Below, one piece after another: positions 1-13,079 of a stretch of DNA of 64,000 nucleotides. The notes beneath the pieces are model-generated. The model worked only from the letters and a program-made list of their open reading frames with translations. It was not told where the DNA came from and searched no databases. The DNA is taken from assembly GCA_951406725.2 (NCBI GenBank), contig OX597822.1:24118001-24182000 (forward strand), in the 5' to 3' direction. The position numbers and the translations under genes are program-made. Origin of the DNA: Octopus vulgaris. Lineage: Eukaryota. Positions within the stretch are counted from its first letter, which is position 1, and each line of letters begins with the position of its first letter.

Positions 1-531
1 AACTTAGTATGGTGTGATTTCGGTCCTTGCGAGGCGCTACCTATATCTATTAAACAAAGGAAGATTTGTCTGCATCCGCACTCCAAGTTGTTGTTGCACT
101 GCTATGTCAACATCATAAGCCTGTAGACTCTCAAACTGCTCTGCAAACAAAGTTACGTCATCGTTCTGCGCAACAGTGAACTCGCAACAAAGCAATAGTT
201 CGAGATATGGCCACTAGGTGACAGCACATACCTTGAGTGAAGAGCAAATCAAGGGTGCTAATTAATTTCTGATGGTAGTGTGTATATATATATATTCTTT
301 TATTCTTTTACTTGTTTCAGTTATTTTGACTGTGGTCATGCATATATATAGTTGAAATTTGCAGAAAAAACAAAAGATGAAGACAGGTGTATAAACAAGC
401 AGATGTATTAGTCTGACCCTCCAGAAAGTGAGAAAGTCTTTTACGTTTCAAGCCAATGCTCTTCAACCGAAAGGAACGCAAGGAAATAAACACAGAGACA
501 AAAAAACCTTGTAGATTTAGCGATCAATCAA

Positions 532-573
<42 letters not shown>

Positions 574-575
<2 letters not shown>

Positions 576-866
576 AGGCACAATGGCCCAGTGGTTAGGG
601 CAGCGGACTCGCGGTCGTAGGATCACGGTTTTGATTTCCAGACCAGGCGTTGTGAGTGTTTATTGAGCTAAAACACCCTAAAGCTCCATGAGGCTCCGGC
701 AGGAGGTGATGATCGCTGCTGTACTCTTTCACCACTCTTTCTCCCACTCTTTTGTTGGCCTGCTCGCTTAGCCAGTGGGGTGGCGTCATTCGAAGGCTAA
801 AACAATGCGAATGCATTGTGACCAGCGATGTGTAACTACATCTGATGGACTGGTCAGTCACGTGAT
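574..866 (+). mobile_element. tRNA(Arg)-like SINE family B
   Basis: Head GGAGGCRCAATGGCCCAGTGGTTAGGGCAGCGGACTCGCGG with a TCG anticodon-like triplet. TA-flanked. Confidence 0.85.
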
Positions 867-881
867 ATATATATATATATA

Positions 882-1118
882 AAGAGTCTGAGGAAGTTGT
901 ACAAAATAGATGTAGGGGTTTTTAAATCAAAGCTGGACCTCTTCCTGTCGAGAGTCCCAGATGAGCCTACCTCATGGCAAGAGGTGCAAATGAGGGTAGC
1001 TATATCAAACTCAGTTCTTCATCAAGTGCCACATATTAGAGGAGGCTCCTAGTAATAACAGTGTAGCACAAAACGGCGGTGCATCAGCATGACCGCAGCT
1101 CTAAGCTGAAACTTTAAA
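882..1118 (+). mobile_element. LINE 3' end carrying the tail shared with SINE A and the 5S-SINE
   Basis: FKSKLDLFLSRVPDEP...SNSVLHQV, then GGCGGTGCATCAGCATGACCGCAGCTCTAAGCTGAAACT. Confidence 0.7.
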
Positions 1119-1625
1119 AAATATATATATATATATAATCATCATCTTTTAATATCTATCTTCCATGCTGGCATGGGTTGGACAGCCAACACACACACAC
1201 ACACATAATCATACATATATGTCCAATCCATACCAGCATGAAAAAAATAGATATAGAATGAACAAGCAAATGCTTGCAACCATGAATGCATACACGTGTT
1301 ATGTGTATTCAAAGCATAAATGCATTCAATTTTCACGATACACATTTTCAAGGTTTCTTTTCATATATTCACACAAGCTCCTTTGCAGTATGTTTGGCAC
1401 CAATCAACTTCTTAGACACCTCATCAAGGTTTCTAAACTTTCTCGATTTCTTCTTCAGGAGATGAAAAATCGCTAGCATGTGCAGCTTTCTCTTTTACAA
1501 ACGGCCAATATGATTTGTACAGACTATCTCCTGAATGTGTTTATATAATTTCATTGCTGGAATTTGAAATTTGATCATTAGATTTATACAGCATTAGTCA
1601 GGCACACACATACACACACACACAC

Positions 1626-1658
<33 letters not shown>

Positions 1659-1813
1659 TATATAGATAGATAGATGTTTTGTTTATGACATGTATATGCT
1701 GTCTGTGTGTTTATTTTTAGCATAGAGCTGTATTACAAGTAATAAGTACATCGTGAATCGTCTGCTTTTGCCAGGAATTGTTCATACTGGTAGAATAATG
1801 GGAAGTTTACAAA

Positions 1814-2182
1814 TACTCTTACTCTTTACTCTTTTACTTGCTTCAGTCATTTGACTGCGGCCAGGCTGGAGCACTGCTTTTAGTCAAGCAAATCTACCCC
1901 AGGACTTATTCTTTGGAAGCCTAATACTTATTCTATCGGTTCTCTTTTGCCGAACAGCTAAGTGACAGGAATATAAACATACCAACATTGGTTGTCAAGC
2001 AATGTTGGAGGGTACAAACATAGATATATGCATATACATATATACAACGGGCTTCTTTCAGTTTCCATCTACCAAATCCACTCACAAGGCTTTGGTCGGC
2101 CTGAGGCTATAGTAGAAGACGACTGAACCCAGAACCATATGGTTGGTATGTAAGCAACTTACCACACAGCCACTCCTACACC
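1814..2182 (-). mobile_element. SINE family A copy
   Basis: Reverse complement of family A with small deletions. Confidence 0.85.
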
Positions 2183-2727
2183 TTGTTGAGGATGGTTTTT
2201 CAGAAATGTATTGTTCCAAACAAACTACAAGAAATTCATTTCAAAACATGAGAGAAGAAACAGAAAGAAAAACCTTAAAAAATAAAACCCAATAAATTTA
2301 GAACATAGTTGTGTTTTCAATATATATCTAAAATAAAAGCTATGTGGTTAAGAAGTTCAATTCCCAACCAAATGGTACTTCTGGCAAATGTCTTTTACCA
2401 CAGCTTCAGGACAACCAAAGTTCTGTGTATGGATTTCATAGACAAAGATTGAAAAGAAACCCATTGTACATACATGTATATATATATGTGTGTATGTGTG
2501 TGTCAGGGGGGATGCCAGCATGGAAGGCAGATGTTAAATGATGATGATGATGATATATATATATATCATCATCATACATACATGCATCTTGTATGGCGTG
2601 GTTTGTGTGTGTGTATGTGTGTGTGTCTTTGTCAACCTTATCCTTGTTAAAATTAATAAAGATTTACTAACACAGTATTAAATAATCTTCCAGTTTACTA
2701 TTAAATTGCTTTTATATGCAACTTGAC

Positions 2728-2804
<77 letters not shown>

Positions 2805-2942
2805 CACTATCATCATTTAATGCTCCTTCACTATACTGGCATGGGTTGGTTTTTATATATATATATAGAGAGAGAGAGAGTGAGAGGGGGGAGATACACA
2901 TTAAATATACACATATATCATATACATATATGTAAATGTTAG

Positions 2943-2985
<43 letters not shown>

Positions 2986-3944
2986 TCTTATATATATTAT
3001 ATATATATATATATATACATATCTTGGTTATATATATTATTAATGATATATATATGTATGTACTCATGTCATCACCAAACATTATACATATGCAAGTGTG
3101 TGTGTACATATATATATAGATATATACACTTATATATATACACACATACATGCATACATACATACATCAGTGTACAAATACACATATACACACACACATT
3201 CACATATATATATATATATATATCAGTTTCACACATTATGTCAGTTTTTAACAATTCCCTTAACCAGGTTACCAAAGGTCAATGAAGCTACATCATTCTC
3301 TCTTTTTTTCAGTGCCTTTTTCTGTCAGTTCCTTTAATAAGATCAGCTCCTGAATGTCTGAGAGTAAGGTTTCATCCCATTCTCAAGGCTTGCCAGCCTT
3401 AACCAGTATCCCTCGCCTGTTACCATCGACTTCCAACTCCAAGACATCTGTTTAAGAGATTCTGTCAGCTAAATAAGTCTGATTACATATTTATAACACC
3501 TAACTTTAATACGATTAGAACAGCATCATTTAGTTTATTAATTTAAAACCCCATCATTATAAGGGCCTGGGGATTTTAAGTGGGGTTTTTTTTTCTTTTA
3601 TTTTTGTGCCTATTTTTCTTCTGGCTTTTATAATTCAGTAAATAAAGAAAGAAACAACAAGGGAACCACACTCTGTGCCTGGATGTTTTACTTGCTAGAA
3701 ATACTAACCAAATCTTAGTCAAATCACACACCCCTTCATGGGTACATTAGAAAAGATGGGGCCTAAATATACTCCTAAAAAGGTGAGGTGGTCATGATCA
3801 TGTTTGGAATGTCTTTGAGCATAGATCTGCTTGATCAGTACGACATTCTTGAAATGTACAGAGACCATCTTGTCTAAGCGAGCATGGCAAAAAAAAAAGA
3901 AAAAAAAAACCGAAACTGTAAAGAGATAAAGAGGGAAGAAAAAG

Positions 3945-3986
<42 letters not shown>

Positions 3987-6886
3987 ATGTGCATGTGTGT
4001 GTATATATATATAGTAGTTTGGCTCTTAACCAGACAGTGCAATATGAAGATGTGAGTAACATTATTTCCTCTCAGTTAGCAGTCATTTGCATTCTGTTAA
4101 CTTACTGCTTTGACACCTTTATATGTGTGGCTGTGTGTGCATACATACATATATATATATACACACACACACACATAAACATGTATACATATATATGTGT
4201 ATATATATATATATACACACACACACATATATATATATATGAATATATATTCTCCTAACAAAAAGCCACCACACTCGCTCAGTTTTTGTAGGTCTTGCAA
4301 GCTGCATTCCAAGCTCAATAGTACAAGTGGCATGGAAAAAGCACAGAGCATGCACACACTGTAAAGTGGTTGGCATTAAGAATGGCATCCAGCCACAAAA
4401 ACCATTCCACAGTAGACATAGGAGCACAGTGCAATCCTTGGACCCATCAAACCCTCTGAAAGTGTTCAACCCATGCCAGCATGGAACATGGATGTTGAAG
4501 GATGATGACATATATATTTGTGTGTGTGTGAAAGAGAGAGATAAATATGTATTTATTTCTTAGTTAAGAGGAAAGCCAATACCAATAACCGTATTTAGGG
4601 TTCCAAGACTGATGGAAGGGAAGGAGGAAGAGGTTGGCTCAAATGCTTGCAGCAGCATGGATGCCACTAATGGCACTCAAAACCAAGGAAACAGAGTTAA
4701 ACCAGTTAAACCAAGTAAACCACCCAAGCAGGTCCGGTTCTGGCAGGATTTGAACTCAGGATACAAAGAACTGAAACAAACATTGCAAGGCATTTCTTCT
4801 GTTGCTCTGCCAATTCAGGCAGTCAATTGCCCTGAACTGATATTTGATTTATCAACTCCTGATGGATGAATTGTCAGGTTGGCTTCAATGGAATTTGAAC
4901 CCAGAATGCAGAGAACATGAATAAAGAAACATTGGAAGACATTTTTTGCTTGTGATACTCTAATCATCATCATCGTCTTCTTCATCATCATTTTAACATT
5001 CACTTTTCCACTCTTGCGTGAGTCAGGTGGAGTTTATTGAGGAACATTTTCTTTGGCTGGATGCCCTTCTTGTTGCCAACTTCATCTTGTATCTGAGCAA
5101 GAGATTATTTCTCTTATGGCCTGACATGTTTTCACAGAAAACTGGAAATGAATGACACTCATTCACAACAGTCACATGATGTGAAGTCAAGGAGACACAA
5201 ACATACACAAAACTTATATTCACACTTACATATAAACCTATATACATATAAATACAATGGGCTTCTTTCAGTTTCCATCTACCACATTCATTGGTTGACC
5301 TGGAGCTAAAGTAGAAAATACTCATCCAAGGTGCAATGCAGTAGGATTGAACCCCAAATCATGTGGCTGGAGAACAATCTTCTTAACTATGTAGCCACAC
5401 CTGCATACCTACCTAATGACACTGTTAATTTAAGTCTCCATAACTGAAGCCATATTTTCAGTTCTTTGTCAAAAATAAGGCCAGTTATAGGGAATTACTT
5501 ACTATAACAAACTACTCTATATTCTACCCCATCCCCACTCCGATTTACCTGTTCTTGCTTTAATACATGTCTAGGATGGGAAGACAGGCATCTGCTTAGA
5601 CTTCATCTGATGAGTACCCCAACAGGATCAAGTGAATCACAGGGCTGTGTTGAGCTCAAATGTTTGCTTTGATTTGGTTTCTATAGCTGGATGCCCTTCC
5701 TGATGCCAACCACTTTACAGAATGTGATGGGTGTCTTTTTTCATATTACTAGCACTAGTGAGCTTGCTAAATAACTTGCAAGACAAGAAAAGAACAGAGA
5801 AAAAGGAAAAGGAAAAAGCACCCTTGACTAAAAGAAAGGGAATATTTGAGATATGGGGTCAGTAGTTTTATTCCCTATATCCATAACCTTATAGTCATAA
5901 CATAAATACCTTATACAACCCTATGTAACATAAGCATTCTATGTCAGTGACGCATACCTGCAGACTCTTTTCTCCGATGATCAGTAATATTTTTCTTATA
6001 CTGTCTGTACGCCACCCAATGGCTACTAAATAAAACTGAAAAATCAATGTTCAATCTCAAATTTAATTCAAACTATAACAAAGATAAATCTAATAATACA
6101 CAATGGCCTCCTTATTTCTGGTGTTTTGTATTTTAACTATCATAATTGATTTTTATAAATATACAAATGTCACCATGACCCACTAAAAACCTGTGGCTCA
6201 CCTTGTACACTGCTATACTCTGTATAATAAGCTGGTTTTAAGTCTTATGTAAAGGCAAGAATTTACCAAACCAAGCCAAGCCAAGCCAAACTGAAAGTAA
6301 TTCTAGAGTACTGAAATTCAACTCAACTCTCCTTTTAGTTATTTTGTCCATATTGTCAACATATGGCCTCTGATAAAGATACAGTAGTTAATTAGTTCTA
6401 TCGGGTATATGTAACTGTAGGAAGTTGTTCAGAAAGAAACTATTCACAACTGAAACATCTTGAACAGTCATCGTGACTTAGTTTAGCTGACAAGATGGAA
6501 TGACGGCAAACTGGAGTAGATTTTCAGCTATAACACTACCAGATGAAGCTAGAATACTGCAAGGTCTACACAACAGCTATCAGAGATACTGAAGCCTACC
6601 AAGGCATGACTGGTTCATATCCCATAATGTGCCACACATCCTGTCTATTTCCCAGCAACTGGTTATTTCTGAATAATTATGTGCATTTCCCAAAGTGATT
6701 TACTGCCTGTCATAATCCCAATGGATATATAGAGGTTGTTGTTGTCATAATTGTTTGGAGCCAATTATTAATACTTTGAAATGTTTATGATTAAAACAGC
6801 CAATACAATAGGAACCATGACCTAAAAATATAGGTTACACACACACATACATTTATATATGTGTATACAGTTATATATGTGTATAG

Positions 6887-6918
<32 letters not shown>

Positions 6919-7148
6919 TTTTTTTAATAATATATTATTATTATTAATATAAGGAAATCAATATCGAACTCATCATAAAGATATACCCATGTGAAAGACC
7001 TTTTTGTATCAAAAATATATATAAAAATATAAATATAATGTATATAAATTTGAAACCGGTCAAGTGAATAAACATCTTTTAAAATTGCATTTTCAAACCT
7101 TCTTTCATATATATTTCCACTCGTGCAGTACCTTACAACTTCACTTTG

Positions 7149-7191
<43 letters not shown>

Positions 7192-7499
7192 CTTTAGGTA
7201 AATATATTCAATATGAATTTTATATACTGAATTTATACTAAGTGCTCCATTGTATAAAAATATTAATACTATTAAAGTATTTATATATTTAATACAAGCG
7301 ATATATACAATATATCTTTTAATAATATATTATTATTATTAATATAATGAAATCAATATCGAACTCATCATAAAGATATACCTGTGTGAAAGACCTTATT
7401 GTATTAAAAATATATATAAAAATAAATAAATATAAAAATATAAATATAATGTATATGATAAATTTGAAAGTTTAAAAGTTTTGAATTAATTTTTTAATC

Positions 7500-7589
7500 A
7501 TCTTACGATCGTTTCGCAGAAAAGTTGTCCTTGTAATGAAATCCTATATTGATAAGCATTTATAGACAACCCTTCTGCTCTTCAGAGAT
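7500..7589 (-). ncRNA. Minimal type I hammerhead ribozyme motif, intact core
   Basis: Minus strand reads AUCU-CUGAAGA-GCAGAAgg GUUGUC...GACAAC uuUUCUGC-GAAA-CGAUCG-UA^AGAU. Stems I and II and a palindromic stem III are present. Confidence 0.85.
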
Positions 7590-7698
7590 ATAAAATGTCT
7601 TTTGAGGCCTCCGTTAGATTTGCAAACCTTCTGGCATGCATTGTATTCAAAGGTGTGCACAGACATATAGGCAGAATATATAAATATATATATATATA

Positions 7699-8866
7699 TC
7701 ATCATCATCATCATCATCATCGTTTAGCGTCCGCTTTCCATGCTAGCATGGGTTGGACGGGTCAACTGGGGTCTGTGAAGCTGGAAGGCTTCGTCAGGCC
7801 CAGTCAGATCTGGCAGTGTTTCTACGGCTGGATGCCCTTCCTAACGCCAACCACTCCGCGAGTGTAGTGGGTGTTTTTTATGTGCCACCTGCACAGGTGC
7901 CAGACAGAGCTGGCGAACGGCCATGAACGGATGGTGCTTTTACGTGTCACCAGCACGGTTGCCAGACAGAGCTGGCAAACGGCCACGAACGGATGGTGCT
8001 TTTACGTGTCACCGGCACGGGGGCCAGCCGAGGCTGGTAATGGACACGAATGGATGGTGCTTTTACGTGCCACTGACACGGGGCCAGACAGAGCTGGCAA
8101 ACGGCCACGAACGGACGGTGCTTTTACGTGTCACCGACATGGGGGCCAGACAGGGCTGGCAACGAACACGAACGGACGGTGCTTTTACGTGTCACCGGCA
8201 CGGGGGCCAGCCGAGTCTGGCAACGGACACGAACGGATGGTGCTTTTACGTGCCACCGACACGGGGCCAGACAGAGCTGGCAAACGGCCACGAACGGACG
8301 GTGCTTTTACGTGTCACCGGCACGGGGCCAGGCGAGGCTGGCAACGAACACGAACGGATGGTGCTTTTACGTGCCACCGACACGGGGCCAGGCAGAGCTG
8401 GCGAATGGTGCTTTTACGTATCACCGGCACGGGTGCCAGACAAGGCTGACAGCGGACACGAACGGATGGGTCACTTAACCCCTGCTTTCTGATATATGAT
8501 TTGATTTTGATTGTTCTCACTGGTCTTGCCGGGTCTTCTCACGCACAGCATACTTCCATAGGTCTCGGTCTCTGGTCATTTCCTTGGTGAGACCTAGAGT
8601 TCGAAGGTCGTGCTTCACCACCTTGACCCAGGTTTTCCTGGGTCTACCTCTTCCACAGGTCCCCTCAACTGCCAGGGTGTGGCACTTTTTCACACACCTA
8701 TCTTCATCCATTCTCACCACATGACCATACCAGCGCAATCGTCTCTCTTGCACACAACATCTGATTCCTCTTAGGTCCAACTTTTCTCTCAAGGTACTTA
8801 CACTCTGTCGACTATGAACACTGACTATGAACCAACGGAGCATACTAGCTTCATTTCTCGCGAGCT
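7699..8866 (-). mobile_element. 5'-truncated RTE-clade LINE: ORF C-terminus plus 3' UTR with minisatellite and (GAT)n tail
   Basis: Peptide RRLRWYGHVVRMDEDRCVKK...GRGRPRKTW...DRDLWK with stop at 8517, then UTR ending in (GAT)n. Confidence 0.9.
7870..8470. repeat. About 61-bp GC-rich minisatellite, about 10 units, inside the RTE 3' UTR
   Basis: Repeated GGATGGTGCTTTTACGTGYCACCGRCACGGGGCCAG...CTGGCAACGRMCACGAAC. Confidence 0.9.
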
Positions 8867-9491
8867 TTATATATATATATTTATATATATACACACACAC
8901 ATATATATATATATATATACATATATATACACACACACATACATTCACGCACACACACATACATACATTATATAATGGGCTTATTTCAGTTTGTCTACCA
9001 AATCCACTCACAATGCTTTGGTCGGCCCGAGGCTATAGGAGAAGACACTTGCCCAAGGTGCCATACAAGCGGGACCGAACCCAGAACCGTGTGGTCAGGA
9101 AGTAAACTTCTTACGATATAGCCATGCCTGTGTGTACAGCTACGTGTGTCTTTGTGTGTGTTTAGTATGTGTGTGTGTGTGTGCACGAACCGTGTGCGTG
9201 TGTGCAATTAGCTAGAAATTCATATAAGCTGTATTATGTAAGGGACATAACTCTCTTTGTTCTGCTTATCAAACGAAACTGACGTTGGAATATTTGACTC
9301 TAGGCACAGCATACAAGTTATATGAAATATATTAATTAAGTAATGGGGCTAACGTAGCATCCTCCACGTGTCCACTCCATCTGCTAAAAATAGTAGCCAA
9401 ATCTCTCTCAATTTACACCCTGCAGATAACCCAAAGCCTTGTAAGAGGATTTGCAAGATGGAAAGTGAAAAAAACCTGTCACACAAACACG

Positions 9492-9892
<401 letters not shown>

Positions 9893-10095
9893 ATGACAGT
9901 CCAACACATCAAGGTAGATGGATGCTAAAATGCTAAATATACAGATAGATAAGGCCAGTCTAAGGGATTAACCTGGGTTTCACATCCATAAAGTGCTTAG
10001 CTAGAGAGGCCCTGGGCCAACAGGTTTATGGTCAAATGATCAGCTGTAAAGCTAAACGTCTTATGGATGTGAAACCCAGAGTAATCCCTTATACT

Positions 10096-10328
10096 TATTT
10101 CTTTACTACCCACAATGGGCTAAACACAGAGAGGACAAACAAGGACAGACAAACGGATTAAGTCGATTATATAAACCCCATTGCGTAACTGTTACTTATG
10201 TAATCGACCCCAAAAGGATGAAAGGCAAAGTCGACCTTGGCGGAATTTGAACCCAGAACGTAGCGGCAGACGAAATACTTCTAAGCATTTCACCCGGTGT
10301 GCTAACAACTCTGCCAGCTTGCCACCTT
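10096..10328 (-). mobile_element. SINE family D copy
   Basis: TSD TAATCCC(T/A)TATACT. Confidence 0.85.
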
Positions 10329-10394
10329 AATCCCATATACTGCTCTATAACTTATAGTGTGATTCTTTTTCGGATTTATGATTACCGACGATAT

Positions 10395-10444
<50 letters not shown>

Positions 10445-10754
10445 GAAAGAATGGAGGTGAACGACGATTTAATAAAATTCCTTTATTCTCGACATATGTT
10501 TCGAAGGCTGCATATAAAGGAATTTTGTCGAGAATAAAGGAATTTTGTTAAATCGTCATTCAACTCCATTCTTTCATTTATTTGTATTAAAAAAACACAC
10601 AAATTTCCACACGAAAGCACATGATCTCTGCCCTTGGCATGTAGCTTCAACCGTGTTTTTCTGACGTGAATTTGCTACCCAGGTATCGGTTAACCGAATT
10701 ATCCATACTAGGATAATTCATTCAACTACTTATATATATATATATATATAAATA

Positions 10755-11327
10755 TCTAATCTATAAAATGAAGAAGGCGAACGTTGATACAAACTAGATT
10801 TTTATGTAAAAAGGGGTCTAAATGGGGCTGGAAGAGGATTGAAATTTACAGGAGTGGGTAATTTGAGGTGAGAAATTGATTGGGAGTCGTTTTGGGGTGC
10901 TGCAGTGGTTGCTTTGGTAAATCTACTAACCTGAGATTCTATCCCTTCAAACTTTGGTTTCCAATATTTTTTAAATTTTTATTCAGCTTGCAAGTTCATC
11001 TGTCCCTTTCAAATGTTAGTGTTTTGCTGTCTGCCTTTCCGTTGTCACTGCCTGATATTTATGATTGATCTTTCGAAATATTTTCTTTCTCGACTTACTC
11101 AAGATCTTTTGCTTCTTATAAATGGGAGAGAGAGAGATAGAGAAAGATAGAGAGTAAGAGAAAGCGAGGGAGAGTCCGAGAGAAAGGAAGAGTAAGAGAG
11201 TGGGAAAGTGAGAGAGAAAAGAGAGAGAAACAAAGAGGGAGAATGTGGCGATAAGAAACAGAAAGGAAGTAAGAGAAAGTAACAACCACACCCTCACCCG
11301 TGCGTAGAGCGGATCACCTTAAGCTAG
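10755..11327 (+). mobile_element. Non-autonomous Helitron-like element
   Basis: 5' A|TCT, 3' ACCCGTGCGTAGAGCGGAT hairpin then CTAG|T. Second copy at 28308-28714 (-). Confidence 0.7.
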
Positions 11328-11689
11328 TTATATATATATATAATTAAGATTCCGTTGAATTAGGTACATAAGTTGAGGCACCTTGCTAGGTCAGTATAAT
11401 CCACACACCCAAACAATATTAATTGAATATTAAATATCAAGACTCCGTGCAGGGATGTTTGTACCTGATATTCCTGGACTCTTCAATCATCCAACCCATA
11501 CCAGCAAGGAATGCAAACATTAAATGTCAATAATGATGATGATGATAACTTTATTTCTTCTTTTCTTTTTTTTTTCATAGACCTCCACAGTTCAATGAGC
11601 TGTTTGATTGTCTAACTCCATTTCCAGTAACATTAAATGGATGAGACAAATTTGATGCCAGTTTCTTTCTCATGGGCACCTTTTTGCCA

Positions 11690-12135
11690 TCATCAACATC
11701 ATAGTTTAACATCTGCTTTCTATGCTAGCATGGGTTGGACGAATGACTGAGGGCTGGCAAACCTGATGGCTGCACCAGGCTTCAATCTTGATCTGGCAGA
11801 GTTTCTACAGCTGGATGCCCTTCCTAACGCCAACCACTCCAAGAGTGTAGTGGGTGCTTTTACGTGCCACCAGCACGGGGCCAGTCAGGCGGTACTGGCA
11901 ACGACCTCGCTTGAATCTTTTAAACATGCCACCGGCACAGGTGCCAGTAGAGTGATGCTGGTAACGATTATGCTCGAATGGTGTCTTTTACATGCCACCG
12001 GCACGGAGGCCAGATAGCCGCTCTGGCAATGATCATGCTCGGATGGTGCTCTTTGCACCGTGCTAGCATGGACACCAGTCATGAATTTGATTTTGATTTG
12101 ATTTTGATTTTGATTTTGATTTCACTTGCCTCAAC
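11690..12135 (-). mobile_element. RTE 3' UTR-only copy (same family as 7699-8866)
   Basis: Shared CTGGATGCCCTTCCTAACGCCAACCACTCC core, minisatellite units and (CAT)n end. Other minus-strand copies at about 12577-13040, 19826-19965, 24030-24348 and 38450-38850. Confidence 0.8.
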
Positions 12136-12345
12136 AAAATCAAAGTGAGGCAATATATATATATATTAGGTGAGTAAGACAAGAAACTAATCATTACCAC
12201 AACACACAACCACCAAACACACCATCTTACATTGGGACTATACACCATTTGAAAAGCAATTTTGTGTTACAATCGGAAATAAAAACATACAATATACCAA
12301 CCAATAATATCTCATTGATAAAACAGCAAAACAGTAAAAGGATAC

Positions 12346-12464
12346 AATGTTTCTAGAAGATCACAGGCATGCTCATAGTTCTGTGTGAGATAACAGAGTG
12401 ATACAGTGGCTACAGGACCATGACACCAGGATTTGTAGAGGCAAGTGAAAAGGGAACAGCTCTC
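12346..12464 (-). CDS. VAC14: VAC14 coding exon 14 ([39 protein letters not shown]); followed by a U12-type donor; last exon found in the window
   Basis: CAG acceptor, 119 nt. Donor GTATCCTTT at 12345-12337. SWCHxPV motif. The expected next exon (GDLEVTV...DKLVQLIE) was not found in 1-12345. Confidence 0.96.
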
Positions 12465-12622
12465 CTGAAACAGAATAACAGAATGCAAACGGAAATATTT
12501 AATTGAATGGAACAAGATTTTCTTTTCATAAATTAGAAAGTATCATATTGTTATAATTATTATTTTCAATGTAGCTTCATCATCATCATCATTGTTGTTT
12601 AATGTCTGCTTTCCATGGTAGC

Positions 12623-12851
12623 TATTTCTTTACTACCCACAAGGGGCTAAACACAGAGGGGACAAACAAGGACAGGCAAACGGATTAAGTCGATTACATC
12701 AACCTCAGTGCGTAACTGGTACTTAATTTATCGACCCCAAAAGGGTGAAAGGCAAAGTTGACCTCGGTGGAATTTGAACTCAGAACGTAATGGCAGACAA
12801 AATACCGCTAAGCATTTTGTCCGGCGTGCTAACGTTTTTGCCAGCTCACTG
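12623..12851 (-). mobile_element. SINE family D copy nested in an RTE 3' UTR copy
   Basis: TSD CTTTCCATGGTAGC. Confidence 0.87.
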
Positions 12852-13079
12852 CTTTCCATGGTAGCATGGGTTGGATGATTTGATTGAGGACTGGCAAGCC
12901 ACAGGAGGCGGCACCAGGCTCAAATCAGATCTGGCAAGGTTTCTACAGCTGGATGCCCTTCCTAATGCCAACTACTCTCAGAGTACAGTGGATGCTTTTT
13001 ACATGCCACCAGCATTGGAGCCAAGCAGGTGGCACTGGTATAAACATCATTTTCTTCTTATGCATTATGATCATAATTG

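Noticed and set aside
1411-1465. CTGAAGA...GAAA on the minus strand as a hammerhead (also CTGATGA at about 5607, 20058, 39919, 52432 and 59230)
   Set aside because: No stem II or stem I complementarity in the required arrangement.
7870-8470. CRISPR-like array of palindromic repeats; ORFs of 189-192 aa
   Set aside because: The inter-repeat segments are themselves repeated rather than unique spacers, there are no cas genes, and the context is a eukaryotic LINE 3' UTR. The ORFs are minisatellite read-through.
11581-11640. Candidate VAC14 exon 15 (KQLIE-like words on the minus strand)
   Set aside because: No continuous match to GDLEVTV...DKLVQLIESPIF and no U12 branch site.
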